From Candidatus Latescibacterota bacterium (GTDB lineage Bacteria > Latescibacterota > UBA2968 > UBA8231), in the NCBI GenBank assembly GCA_965261395.1, contig OZ253462.1, forward strand, positions 5,632,001 to 5,696,000: a DNA stretch of 64,000 bases, in the 5' to 3' direction. A model generated the notes under the pieces. The model did not search any database. It was not told the DNA's origin and saw only the letters and a list, made by a program, of their open reading frames with translations. Numbering within the stretch: position 1 is the first letter of the stretch; each line of letters opens with the position of its first letter. Of the stretch, positions 62,978 through 64,000 are shown in pieces. The position numbers and the translations under genes are program-made.

Positions 62978-64000
62978 ATGTTGGCAATAGATGGGGGACC
63001 AAAAGTCCGCGAGACGCCATTTCCCCAGCGGCATCTGTTTGGGGCTGAGGAGCGCCAAGCCGCGCTTGGGCTGTTCTCTGCGGCGATGGAGAGCGGCGCT
63101 GCGATCGGCTACAGTGGGCCAGAGGAATTAGCCTATGAGCGGGAGTTCGCCGCGTTTATGGGAGGTGGCTACGCCGATTTGGTCAACTCGGGTACTGCGG
63201 CGCTCTACGCGGCATTGGGAGCCCTAAAGTTAGAAGCGGCTGGCGAGGTAGTGATTCCGCCGATTACGGATCCGGGTGGGGCAATGCCTGCGGCGCTGTT
63301 GTGCCAAGTGCCAGTGGTTGCCGATGCTGCGCCGGGGTCGTTCAATGCCGGTGCTGAGCAGATTGAGGAGGTGCTAACGCCCCACACTCGCGCTATTGTC
63401 GTGGCCCATATTGCCGGCGAACCCGCGGATATGACGCCAATTTTGGCACTCGCTGAGGAGCGCGGCATACCGATCATCGAGGATTGCGCCCAGACCCACG
63501 GGGCGCGCTACAAGGGGCAGCTAGCGGGATCGTTGGGCACGGTGGCGGCCTTTTCGACCATGAGCGGCAAGCACCACGCGACAGGCCCGCAGGGCGGGGT
63601 GGTCTTTACCCGCGACGAAGAACTCTGCTGGGAGGCCAAGCGCTTTGCCGACCGGGGCAAGCCTTTTAATACAGATGCGACCTCCAACCTGCGCGCCGGC
63701 CTCAATCTTAACGGCAACGACCTGTCAGCGGCCATTGGGCGGGTGCAGCTAAAGAAGCTCGATGCGATGATCGCCAAGCGACGGCAGGTAGCGGCGCAGA
63801 TTACCGAGGCCATTGCCGAGTGCAAGGCGGTGCGGCTGGGATGGCAGGTGGCCGAGTCGGAGGCGGTGTACTGGTTTATGCGCTTCCACGTAGATGCCGA
63901 CAAGCTCCGGGTGGACAAAGACGGCTTTGCCCGGGCAGTAGCCGCCGAGGGGATTCCGGTGACAGCTACGTATCGCTATATCCCTTCCGAGGCGATCTGG
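62978..64000 (+). CDS. DegT/DnrJ/EryC1/StrS PLP aminotransferase (3' partial; absent from the ORF track)
   Basis: Manual translation MLAIDGG...NSGTAAL...IIEDCAQTHGA...FSTMSGKH...GG; open to the window end. Confidence 0.9.
   Translation, partial: MLAIDGGPKVRETPFPQRHLFGAEERQAALGLFSAAMESGAAIGYSGPEELAYEREFAAFMGGGYADLVNSGTAALYAALGALKLEAAGEVVIPPITDPGGAMPAALLCQVPVVADAAPGSFNAGAEQIEEVLTPHTRAIVVAHIAGEPADMTPILALAEERGIPIIEDCAQTHGARYKGQLAGSLGTVAAFSTMSGKHHATGPQGGVVFTRDEELCWEAKRFADRGKPFNTDATSNLRAGLNLNGNDLSAAIGRVQLKKLDAMIAKRRQVAAQITEAIAECKAVRLGWQVAESEAVYWFMRFHVDADKLRVDKDGFARAVAAEGIPVTATYRYIPSEAIW

Overview
A GC-rich bacterial chromosome segment. The gene set (FG-GAP/ASPIC protein, PorZ-like propeller, LptD-like protein, efp-accB-accC-gcvH, scpAB-rluB-cmk-rpsA-mutS) suggests the FCB/Latescibacterota-Gemmatimonadota neighbourhood; this is inferred, not determined. 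Several accessory blocks interrupt the housekeeping operons. (1) An ACP-like + XRE operon lies at the left edge. (2) A FitAB/VapBC pair is flanked by a 146-bp duplication of the 3' end of the host gene. (3) A toxin-antitoxin (TA)/TPR/AAA-DUF4143 cluster sits between rlmB and mutS. (4) A ~15-kb island next to tRNA-Lys(CTT) carries a DUF1156-DUF499-SNF2 restriction-like defence system, small cargo genes and a Cre-like tyrosine recombinase. (5) An XRE-ImmA/IrrE + PIN module is again flanked by a duplication of the 3' end of the neighbouring gene. The best candidate for a new system is at 49.6-53.8 kb. There, a Cre-like recombinase with an HxxR-to-QxxR change abuts a ~440-nt non-coding region that folds by eye into a multi-hairpin, two-domain structure. 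Nearby, three direct-oriented TCCGCCGGCG sites separate ~1.05-1.1-kb cargo units, and short segments of the structured region match their flanks. All family assignments come from motif recognition by eye; no database searches were run.
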